Shown here: positions 23,545 to 32,465 of the stretch, in pieces | Layout: every line of letters begins with the position of its first letter | Position numbering within the stretch: the stretch's first letter is position 1 | From: Giardia intestinalis | Taxonomy: Eukaryota | Direction: 5' to 3' (one strand) | Length of the DNA: 64,000 nt | NCBI GenBank assembly: GCA_000002435.2 | Contig: CM018789.1 | Notes under the pieces: generated by a model | Told to the model about the DNA's origin: nothing | The model's database searches: none | The model's input: the letters and a program-made list of their open reading frames with translations, nothing else | Translations under genes and position numbers: made by a program

Positions 23545-25614
23545 ATGTTATTAACAGCCTTTTATATTGTGCTGGGCTCCTTTGCAGCACCTTGCCAGCA
23601 AGACGGAGACCACATAGTGACCTGTCAGGTCAATAAGTGCGAGACGGTCGGGTCAGCCGAGATTTGTACCGAGTGCAAGGTCGGAGGCGTCCCGGTCGAC
23701 GGCTTCTGCCGACCCTTCGGCTCCATCCAGGCCGCGGCGGCCGGGTGCACCAAAGCAGACGGGGCTGCTCTCGACAAGATGACAGCAACCTGCGAGAAGT
23801 GCGGCGACGGGTACTTCCTCTTCATGGGCGGGTGCTACAAGACAACCGACGGGCCCGGCAGCGAGATATGCACAAAGGCTGAGGGAGGACTGTGCACTGA
23901 GTGTAAGACAGCTAACGGCCTGTTCAAGAACCCGGCTACACCTCAGAAACCTGGTAGCGAGTGCATCTTGTGCCATGATGCCACAAATAGAAACGGGGTC
24001 ATGGGAGTGGATAACTGTCTCAAGTGCACGGCACCTGGTGGCAATACAGGAGCGGCCACGTGTACTGAGTGCATGGCTGGAACGTATAAGAAGAGTGATA
24101 CAGAGTGTGCTGCATGCCACAGCGACTGTGCCACATGCAGTGGAGCCAATCAAAATCAGTGCACATCGTGCGAGACAGGGAAGTACCTGAAAGGGACTGA
24201 GTGTGTAGACAAAGGTACGTGTAACAACAATCACTACCCCGATGACACTAGCATGACCTGCGTTGCCTGTACTGTCCTCGATGCCAACTGTGCAACATGC
24301 TCATTTGATAGTGCAACGGCAAAGGGCAAGTGTCTGACTTGTAATTCAAATAAGATTCCCAGGACAACCCTCGACGGAACCTCGACCTGTGTGGAAAATT
24401 CTTATGCTGGGTGTCAAGGAGCTGATAACGAGCTGTTCATGAAGGAGGACCAATCGGCGTGCTTATTATGCGGAGATACTAAAGACGTGGATAATAACAA
24501 TAAAGGCAAAGAAGGGTGTAAGACATGCACTAAGAGTGCAGATGGCTCCCCTCCAACTTGCACAGCTTGCCTCGATGGATACTTCTTTGAACAGTCATCA
24601 AACACTTGTGAGGCTTGTGGGGCCAACTGTGTCACATGTTCAGCTAAAACAGATGAGACTAAATGTAAAACGTGCAAGGAGGGGTTCTTCCTGGCCGGCA
24701 CCGGCGAAGGAAAGTGCATCTCGTGCGAGAATGGTAATGATAGTGGCTACAGCGGGCTTGCAGGATGCCTCTCTTGCACAGCCCCAGCCGCCCCGGGCCC
24801 GGCCAGCTGCAACCGCTGCAAGATCGGCTACAAGTTACAGGGAACAACGTGTGTGAAGACCTGCGAGGATACAACGGCTTGTGGGGGTACTTCTGGCGCC
24901 TGTGATGCTATAGTAATAGATGATAAGGGCAACACAAAGCATTATTGTTCCTACTGTGGGGATAGTGGTAAGTTCCCTATTGATGGTATATGCACTGATA
25001 GCAAAGGAACAAATGCTGGGTGTACTGATCACATTTGCAGCTATTGTGCTCAAGGGTACTTCCTATACATGGGTGGCTGCTATAGTACAGCAAGTCCACC
25101 TGGCAACTATATGTGCAAGACAGCTGAAGGTGGCAAGTGCACTGCTGTTAATGATGGTAATAGGTACTTCATAGTCCCAGAAGCAAAGGCTACTGATCAG
25201 TCTGTGTTGGCTTGTAGTAACCCCCTAGGCACACTAGTAGGCACTGATAGTGCTGCTAAGGCATATGTGGGGGTACTCAACTGTTCACAGTGTAAGGCCC
25301 CAGCAGCTCTGACTGAGGCTGGTATGACTGCTGCTGTCTGTACCTCCTGTGACAGTGGTAAGAAGCCCAACAGGGATGGCAGTGGGTGTGTGACATGCTC
25401 TGTGGGTGATTGCAAGAGCTGTGTGATGGATGATGTGTGTGGGGAGTGCAGTGATGGGTACAGTCTGGAGGGTGGTAAGTGTGTGTCCTCTGGCAGTAAT
25501 AGGAGCGGGCTCTCCACGGGGGCCATCGCGGGGATCTCCGTCGCTGTCATCGTCGTCGTGGGGGGCCTCATAGGGTTCCTCTGCTGGTGGTTCATCTGTC
25601 GGGGGAAGGCGTAA
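23545..25614 (+). CDS. vsp: Variant-specific surface protein (VSP), 689 aa
   Basis: Signal peptide MLLTAFYIVLGSFAAP, CXXC repeats, GGCY motifs (FLFMGGCYKT, FLYMGGCYST), and C-terminus ...GLIGFLCWWFICRGKA*. The ORF track starts at a GTG at 23503; the first ATG is 23545. Head-to-head with the other VSP; the starts are 1.28 kb apart. Confidence 0.9.
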   Translation: MLLTAFYIVLGSFAAPCQQDGDHIVTCQVNKCETVGSAEICTECKVGGVPVDGFCRPFGSIQAAAAGCTKADGAALDKMTATCEKCGDGYFLFMGGCYKTTDGPGSEICTKAEGGLCTECKTANGLFKNPATPQKPGSECILCHDATNRNGVMGVDNCLKCTAPGGNTGAATCTECMAGTYKKSDTECAACHSDCATCSGANQNQCTSCETGKYLKGTECVDKGTCNNNHYPDDTSMTCVACTVLDANCATCSFDSATAKGKCLTCNSNKIPRTTLDGTSTCVENSYAGCQGADNELFMKEDQSACLLCGDTKDVDNNNKGKEGCKTCTKSADGSPPTCTACLDGYFFEQSSNTCEACGANCVTCSAKTDETKCKTCKEGFFLAGTGEGKCISCENGNDSGYSGLAGCLSCTAPAAPGPASCNRCKIGYKLQGTTCVKTCEDTTACGGTSGACDAIVIDDKGNTKHYCSYCGDSGKFPIDGICTDSKGTNAGCTDHICSYCAQGYFLYMGGCYSTASPPGNYMCKTAEGGKCTAVNDGNRYFIVPEAKATDQSVLACSNPLGTLVGTDSAAKAYVGVLNCSQCKAPAALTEAGMTAAVCTSCDSGKKPNRDGSGCVTCSVGDCKSCVMDDVCGECSDGYSLEGGKCVSSGSNRSGLSTGAIAGISVAVIVVVGGLIGFLCWWFICRGKA

Positions 25615-28600
25615 GTGGCATCCACTTAGGTAGTAAACGCGTCACTGTACAGCCTACTGCTCTTTCACGATGCCAGTAGACCCTCAAAGCCCGGTTTTTC
25701 CTAAGATCTCACCCCTTCTATGCAGCGTGAAAGAGTAGAAAATCCAAAAATAAGCAGCGGGACCGCCCGGCATGTCTACCGCTCTTCTGCCCTGGAGCCA
25801 GCAGACGACGGCCCAGATGCCCCCGCTGTAACCTAAACCCATATCAGCCTTCCCGGCGGCGCCCCGGCCTGGCTGGCGCTCTAGTCTCCTCAACCAGCTC
25901 TGCGCGATCCGGCCCCCCGCCGAATCCTGTGGGCCACCGTACTTCTCCGTGCCTCAATAGCGTCCTCGTCGCCCGAGACCGGCCGGGACGCCCTGGCCGC
26001 TGCAGGAGAGGCGCGTCGAGCGATGATCCTCGACCGAGGCCGCCCCCAGCTCCATGGCCATCTGAACGTGCCCGCAGTGGCCGTGCCGCGGCAGTGGATT
26101 AGCCCGAGGGCGACCCGTGCCGCCCGATCTACGACCCCTGTTTTTGGATTTCTGCGAAGCAAGGCCTAGTTCTGTCATAGGGCGGCTATAGTAATGGTTA
26201 GCATAGCCCGATGGATACAGAGCCGGAGAAGACGCGGACCGGATCTTGTGCTAACTGATGGCGTGCCGTCTACTGTCTACAGCGCAGAGGTGATGCGTAG
26301 ACGCACCCGCCTGCCCCCACTATAGGTGGTCCTTGCAGTACCAGACCCGGTAGAGTGGGCTGCCGTCAGGAGCCAGCACAGCGGAGGGCGCCATGTGCCG
26401 ATAGGAGCGTGCCCGGGTCGCCCCTGGTTACACCGTAGGCGACGCAAGGACGGACAGGCGCGGGTCCCACTGTAGCGACACGTGCAAGACACAGCCGCGC
26501 GTCATCAGGGCCTCAGAGAGCACTGGCTATGATACGGAAGGGCTACAGCCAGCCCGTTCCAAAGAAGGGGAGCCACACAGGCCCGAGGATCACGTCTCCG
26601 GAGAAGGGAGTTCTGTCCCGGTGGCCGAGACAATGAGGGGGCGATAGCTGGAGCCCGCCCGCTAACCTCGAGCCCTAGATAGCTGCTCGCGGCAAGCATG
26701 CAAGGCGCTCACTCTGGGACACAAGCGGACATCCGGCCCCGGGCTGAGTGTGTCCCTTTGGGGAGTCGGTGTAGCAATGGCCCGACGCTCGGCGTGTGGC
26801 GGTCTCGCCTCACAACTCCCGTCGCCACGTCATTGGGCCACCTAATACCAGCCTGGACGCAGCTTGCGGGGCTCTGAGCGGCCCATCGATCCTCGTCCAG
26901 CGGAGGGCTGGGCATGTCTTCGGAGCCCTTGACCACGGCGCCCGGTGACGTGGGCAAGAGCATCCCGACCTTCCGCTCCCGCCTGCAAACCTTCGCATCC
27001 ACTGCCAGACGACCACATGGGGCTGCAGGATTACTGCCGCTAGGATCTGCCCCAGCGGTGCACCACATCACGAGGCTGGTAACTATACGTGGTACACCCG
27101 CAGAGCGAAGTGGGCCGCACACCGGCGATGCAGGCCAAGGCTACCGATACAGGGCCAGTGCGGAACCAGCTGCGACTGCGTAGGCGGCCGCAGTCAGCAA
27201 CCATATCTGATGATGTGGGGGCCGGTAGTCCTGGGCTGCAACCTTAAGGGCCTGCTAGAAACGAAGTGTGCATGGCAGCATAGGATGTCACAGGAGGACA
27301 AATTTAGAGAGTTCCGTGCTGGCGTCTGAAGGCAAGGATCCGGGCTGCGGGACACAGCAAGGCACGTCTACTAGGCCCGAGGGACGGCCGCACGGAGGAG
27401 GATAGGTCCACCCATCCAAGAGCCGCTCCGGCCCGGCAGCTGAGGGGCGTCCACTGGTACTACCTGCACGCGGGAGCACTCCTGCCACCCCGTAGAACGG
27501 AGAGCAGCACCCCCCAGCAGTAAACACATCAAGCGCCGTAATTAGAGTAGCCGTAGCTGCTACACCATCCGGCCGACCGAGTGCAGTGAACAGTGTACAG
27601 CCGGTGCTGCTCCGGGGGCGCTAACTTGGGACCCCAAAAACTAAAACGCGAACCAAGGGGTTCGCCTGGCTACTAACGCTGCAGCCTCCGTGGCCAGCGC
27701 CCCGGCATCGGCGCCCGCGGCTTCATCTCGGCCCGCTGCGGCACTCGCTGGACATGTAGATGTAAGGATGGCCCGGGGCGCCCCGCCGGCTGCCGCACGC
27801 AAATCGGTAATCCGGGGATCCTCCTGCACCGAGGGGCCAGTAAGGGGCTCCGCAAGGCGCTCCTTCTCCAGCGCCGTCGGGGGCTCGCTGGGGTCGGCAC
27901 AGGGACGGGGTCAGAAGCAGACTTGCCTCAGGGGCGCGGCTAGAGCACCCGCTGCTGGACGAGGCCTGCTCGGGGCGTGCCGCGGCGTCTGATTGGATCA
28001 GCGCCACAACCCGAGAAGAGTCGACTGCACCTGCTGCATTTCGATTTGGCTTTTTGGGGCGCGCGGGGTGCTATTCTACGAGGGCGGGGAGCTCCTGCGA
28101 GTGCACGTGAGAGTACGCCAACTGCCCGTCCGACGAGGTCCTGCGGAAGAGCTGCAGCCCGCCCCTGTAGCGTTGCAACTGTGGAAATGCTGCCAGTAGA
28201 TAGGGCGTCCTCCGGCGGAGATACAGGAGAGCCCCGCCACCCGGCCAGCGAGAGCCTGCCTGCAAAGACGGCACGCTCACCGGCCCATGCGCCTCCTTCA
28301 ACGTGGGCCCGTCGAACCGGTCTCGATGACCTGCACGGTGATCCTGAGGAGCTCCCAAGCTGGGCGTGCTCTCCGCAGCAGGCGACTGCCCGCAGGAGCC
28401 GCGGAAGGCCTCTGCAGCCCTGCCTATGTACGATCCCGGGCGGCCCAATGCCGGCAAGAGGCGTGCGTGACGCTGACAAGGCCTCGGCCGCCCATCAGCC
28501 TGGGACCGTGGTGAGGAACATGCTAGAGGTAATGCCCGCACGCACGGCCTCCCAGCCCGGAGAACGCCGCATTCCGATTCGCGCGAGCGCCGACGTTTCA

Positions 28601-28742
28601 AACTTTTTATTCCACCTTGCCATGTGCATTCGCCGGCCGTCGGTCCGTGTGCCGGGTCGTCGAACAGGACACGCGTCTTCCTGTTAGCGCCGCGACTGAG
28701 GCGACCGGGGGAGCCGGTGCGAGGGCTGGGCCTGTTTGGGCG
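25515..28742. repeat. Right arm of the inverted repeat (partner 17495-20722)
   Basis: Reverse complement of the left arm; near-identical apart from SNPs and a single indel near the outer boundary (about 28640). Confidence 0.9.
25615..25638 (+). promoter_or_regulatory. Conserved VSP 3' end / extended polyadenylation signal (GTGGCATCCACTTAGGTAGTAAAC)
   Basis: AGTAAAC (Giardia AGTRAAY poly(A) signal) lies 18 nt after the stop codon, within the characteristic CTTAGGTAGTAAAC VSP 3' motif. Confidence 0.75.
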
Positions 28743-30013
28743 CCCCCGCGGCTAGCGCTGGCCACTCCTGCGCCCACTGGAGGGACGTCGCAGGCTCTCG
28801 CTGCCTTCTACCACGAACGGGTCCGCCGCATCCCTCCGAGTGGCAGGGCGACAGTCCGCGGCAGCATGCACGCACTCGAGGTCCATCTTATATGCTGCAG
28901 ACCATACTGGGAGACTACTTCTTGCCCGGAGCTACCAGCCTGGACCAGCAACTTCTAGCACGACTACGCGTCTCCTCGTCGAGTTGTGCAGTTGTTTTGG
29001 AAGCATCCTCCGAGGGTTGGAATGGTACCCAACGCTACCTTCTAGTGCAGCTTGAAGCTATCCTTACCTCGGCTCACCGCTCCACCTGGATAGCCTTAGG
29101 AGTCTACAAGCTACGCCTGATCTACCCATCGAGCCACTGCCCGTTAGTACCATGAACATCTGGTCCTTCCACTGTAGAACGCTACCTATGGGCATGGAGA
29201 CTACTGGCATTGCTAATACCACCGGGTCCTTATTTACTGCCTCTCCTTAGGTTCTCATATCGTCTCGTCCATCCGTCACCTATAGTGTGGGGATGTGCGC
29301 CTCGTTGCTTCATCTGTATACCGAAGTTCTCAATACGATGGGAAGGCACTTTGTCCAGCAAACCATCCTATTGATCTGCTGGTTGTATGCATCGTGATAT
29401 CACAACCTTTGGGAACGTGTATGTAACGGCTAACATGGTACTGCCCTTCCATAGCCGCAAGGGAGCTGAGCTTCATGCGTGGCCATCCCCAGTTCTTGCT
29501 CGGTCCCAGGCGTTTCGAGTTTTGTCAGAAGGATTGCGCTATCCTGCACGCTCGTATATCGGTCCTGCATGCACCATCTCCCTTTTAGACGCCATTCTCA
29601 CCGACTCCATTGTGTTGTCTGCTACCTCGCCTGTATTGTGGCTCTAGGAAGGCCACTGGAGTCCCGTGCATAAGTGAAGTGGATTTGCTTTCTTTCATTG
29701 TGCAGGACGTCAAAAATTTGCACTCTCATACTTTCGCACACTCACCCGCTTTTTTGTCATCCTATCCATACCCCGGCTATCTCAGTGGTTGCTCTGGACA
29801 ACCAGGCGATAGAGAATGTCGATGAAAGCAATCATATAACTGGCAGGATCGTCCCTTTGTCCGGTTAATTCTCCCAATCCCATGACTCCCTAGCTGTAGT
29901 AGGTACTGTATTAGTTCCTTTACTAAGGCGTACATTTTCCTCAGCACATAGCTTATAAGTTTACAGTTTTCTTAATTCCGTTAGCCAACTCAGCAAGTAG
30001 GATATCTTAAGCG

Positions 30014-31228
30014 TTAAGAACCATCAGGGACCTCTACGATGAAGTCCTTGAGTCGCTTATCACCGTTGGTCGCAGAGCAGGTCCGCTTGAGCTCAGATTC
30101 TATCACCTCAACCATACTATTCCAAGCCGCAGAGTCTTGGGTATTGTAGTATTGACAGAGATCGGTCTTATCTATGCTAGCTAGTGATAGGCTAGTGGAT
30201 CGTGGCTCAGATGCAAGGCCCGAGCGTTCCCACAGTCGAAATAGACTGCCCGAAGCTTCAGAAGAGACCTGAATCTGCGCGTCTGTCATTGGAATTAGAG
30301 CCGATTGGTGCGATTCTGTACGCATGTTATCAGCCGTTGTTTCTAGAATAGAATAGTTAGCAATAGTAGAATAGCCAGAGTAATGCGGGACAGTCGGCTT
30401 GTGGCCGAGAGTATCTGGTACGCGCAGGTTGGCTTGAAGAGACATCATGTTAAGTACTTCTGTACTCCGCGAGGCACTCTTGGCGGAAGCATACCCAGAA
30501 GTAATGTACGGAAAGAACTTAACAGGAAGTAGTAGTATCAGGATGAAGACAAACACATTGTAAGTAGAGTGGGAATCCGATGCAGTGGGAGAGCTCCCGA
30601 AGCCTGTATAGGTATCTGTACCTGTTAGTGACCCAGAGTCATATGCCCCCTGCGGATAAACTGAGTCACTTGGTGGCGGCAGTGGTAGTACGTCGCCATT
30701 CAATGGCAGTTGGAGGGGTCCACTGAGGCAATTATCATAAGCATAGTTATCTCCATAGTAGCTCTCGCCTGGACGCACGGGGCATTCATGGCCCTGCGTG
30801 GTAGCTATAAGTGTGTCCTGGTTCAGAGTATTATAGCCCACATTTCGTGAATGAGAGATTGTCCTAATGAACATCAAGATTCCGTCTATGCTACGAAGTA
30901 TCTTTTCTGTGTGAACGTTGAGAATCTTCTGGAGGGCGGCGTTTTCTTCCCTCAGTCGCAGGTTATCTTCCCGCAGCTTTTGCAGATCCTCCTTGAGGAG
31001 TATCTGATCCTCCTTGACCCGCTCCCGGTACCGCTTGGCGGCCAGGCGGCCATTCTCCTTCCGCTTGTCAGTGTCCAGATCCGGTTTACACTTGTACGGC
31101 TCCGGTCCCCACGTCCCCGAGCCAGGATCAGAGGCCAGGTGCCCATAGTAAGGTTGTTGTGGGGACCCGACCCTGCCCAGCTCGGAGGAAACCCCCAAAG
31201 AGGGATCAAATGTAAAGGGTAGTGTCAT
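30014..31228 (-). CDS. bZIP-like (basic region + 4-heptad leucine zipper) protein with a downstream hydrophobic segment; candidate membrane-tethered transcription factor
   Basis: 404 aa. Basic region KRKENGRLAAKRYRERVK is followed by a zipper ILLKEDL-QKLREDN-LRLREEN-AALQKIL with Leu every seventh residue. A hydrophobic stretch NVFVFILILLLPVKFFPYI lies about 150 aa downstream. ATG at 31226-31228 is preceded by AAAAATAAATG. Confidence 0.5.
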   Translation of the reverse strand: MTLPFTFDPSLGVSSELGRVGSPQQPYYGHLASDPGSGTWGPEPYKCKPDLDTDKRKENGRLAAKRYRERVKEDQILLKEDLQKLREDNLRLREENAALQKILNVHTEKILRSIDGILMFIRTISHSRNVGYNTLNQDTLIATTQGHECPVRPGESYYGDNYAYDNCLSGPLQLPLNGDVLPLPPPSDSVYPQGAYDSGSLTGTDTYTGFGSSPTASDSHSTYNVFVFILILLLPVKFFPYITSGYASAKSASRSTEVLNMMSLQANLRVPDTLGHKPTVPHYSGYSTIANYSILETTADNMRTESHQSALIPMTDAQIQVSSEASGSLFRLWERSGLASEPRSTSLSLASIDKTDLCQYYNTQDSAAWNSMVEVIESELKRTCSATNGDKRLKDFIVEVPDGS

Positions 31229-31302
31229 TTATTTTTGCTCCTGTTTCTGCTGTGACCTAATCTGACGTCAAATGTATCAGGGAGTACGGGCGCCTTTAAT
31301 TC

Positions 31303-31653
31303 CTATGTGACCTTTGCGGCCTCTGGCTGCTTGAGCGTGTCTATGACCTCTTGTCGCGCTTCCACTATGTGCTTCTGCAAAGACTTTAGCAGCTCCAGCT
31401 TACCGCCGGCGGCTTTTATTGTCTCTTTGTCAATTTTGAGGTATCCCAGATCGTGCGCCTCCACCGCGCCCTTGGGATAGCGCTTGTCCCGATCGGCCAG
31501 GACCTGGGCCGACGGATAGACCTTTCGTACCGCTGCCTCTATTTCCGCCAACGACGGCCGTGGCACGCTGTGCTCCAATCCCAGGCGCCGTCCGTCTTTC
31601 AAGGACGCTTCTGAATCCATGTAGCGCGGGTATATGATGCATGCCTTGCCCAT
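31303..31653 (-). CDS. SRP19: Signal recognition particle 19 kDa protein (SRP19)
   Basis: MGKACIIYPRYMDSEASLKDGRRLGLEHSVPRPSLAEIEAAVRKV aligns with human SRP19 FICIYPAYLNNKKTIAEGRRIPISKAVENPTATEIQDVCSAVG. The ORF track begins at a TTG at 31677; the first ATG is at 31651-31653, preceded by ACAAAAAAATG. Confidence 0.75.
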   Translation of the reverse strand: MGKACIIYPRYMDSEASLKDGRRLGLEHSVPRPSLAEIEAAVRKVYPSAQVLADRDKRYPKGAVEAHDLGYLKIDKETIKAAGGKLELLKSLQKHIVEARQEVIDTLKQPEAAKVT

Positions 31654-31688
31654 TTTTTTGTATGCCACAATAATCAAAACATAGGTCG
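31654..31688. promoter_or_regulatory. 35-bp divergent intergenic region shared by SRP19 (minus) and the RluA-family gene (plus)
   Basis: ttgtatgccacaataatcaaaacataggtcg. AT-rich tracts abut both ATGs, so it must hold both initiators. Confidence 0.5.
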
Positions 31689-32441
31689 ATGGTCTCCGTT
31701 GTTTTTGAAAACGACGACTACACAGTTATCAACAAGCCCCCAAATCTTCATATAGATGGGGACTACCCCCAGACTGTCCGCTCGTGGTATCTGGCGACCA
31801 GAGGGAGAGCGCCTCGCTTTGTCAACCAACTCGACTATCCTACCTCGGGGCTTATGGTTATAGCGTCGAGTAGAAAGGCTGCTGGATTTGCCGGCCGCGA
31901 GTTTCAAGCACGAGCCGTCGCAAAGACGTACGTCGCCTTAGTAGTTGGTGATGTCGCCAGCCAAACAATCTCGGCCCCAATAGCAGATGATGCGGCTGAT
32001 CCTCGGCAGTTTTGCATGTGCATTAGTGAAACGGGAAAACATTCAGAGACACACGTGGAGCGGATTGCGGCTATCCCCGAAGACTTGCGTGAGCTCAGCC
32101 CTTCACTGCCACAAGGCCTTTATACGCTCGTTGTTCTTCGCCCTGTCACAGGCAGGAGACACCAGCTTCGGCTTCATTTGGCGCATATTGGTCACCCCAT
32201 CGTCGGGGATCAGCTCTATGGAGGCGGACTGACGGATACCAATCAATGTGGTGAAGAAGAACGCCTCTGCCTTCATGCCCTTATGCTCTCCATTCCAAAT
32301 CTATCGGGACTACCTCTTTTAGAGGCACCTCTGGAGTTTCCAAGTGATTTACTTGCGATAGTGTTCAATAAATATAAGCATACAATTGAGAGCATGCCTG
32401 TACGTGTCAGTACCCCTTGTACTGACCTTCCCTCAAGCTAG
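31689..32441 (+). CDS. RluA-family pseudouridine synthase
   Basis: LDYPTSGLMVIA (the catalytic-Asp motif LDxxTSGLL) and TGRRHQLRLHLAHIGHPIVGDQLYG (TGRTHQIRVHLAxxGxPIxGD). Confidence 0.75.
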   Translation: MVSVVFENDDYTVINKPPNLHIDGDYPQTVRSWYLATRGRAPRFVNQLDYPTSGLMVIASSRKAAGFAGREFQARAVAKTYVALVVGDVASQTISAPIADDAADPRQFCMCISETGKHSETHVERIAAIPEDLRELSPSLPQGLYTLVVLRPVTGRRHQLRLHLAHIGHPIVGDQLYGGGLTDTNQCGEEERLCLHALMLSIPNLSGLPLLEAPLEFPSDLLAIVFNKYKHTIESMPVRVSTPCTDLPSS

Positions 32442-32465
32442 GGTTGCTTGTCTAAGGCCTTTAGC

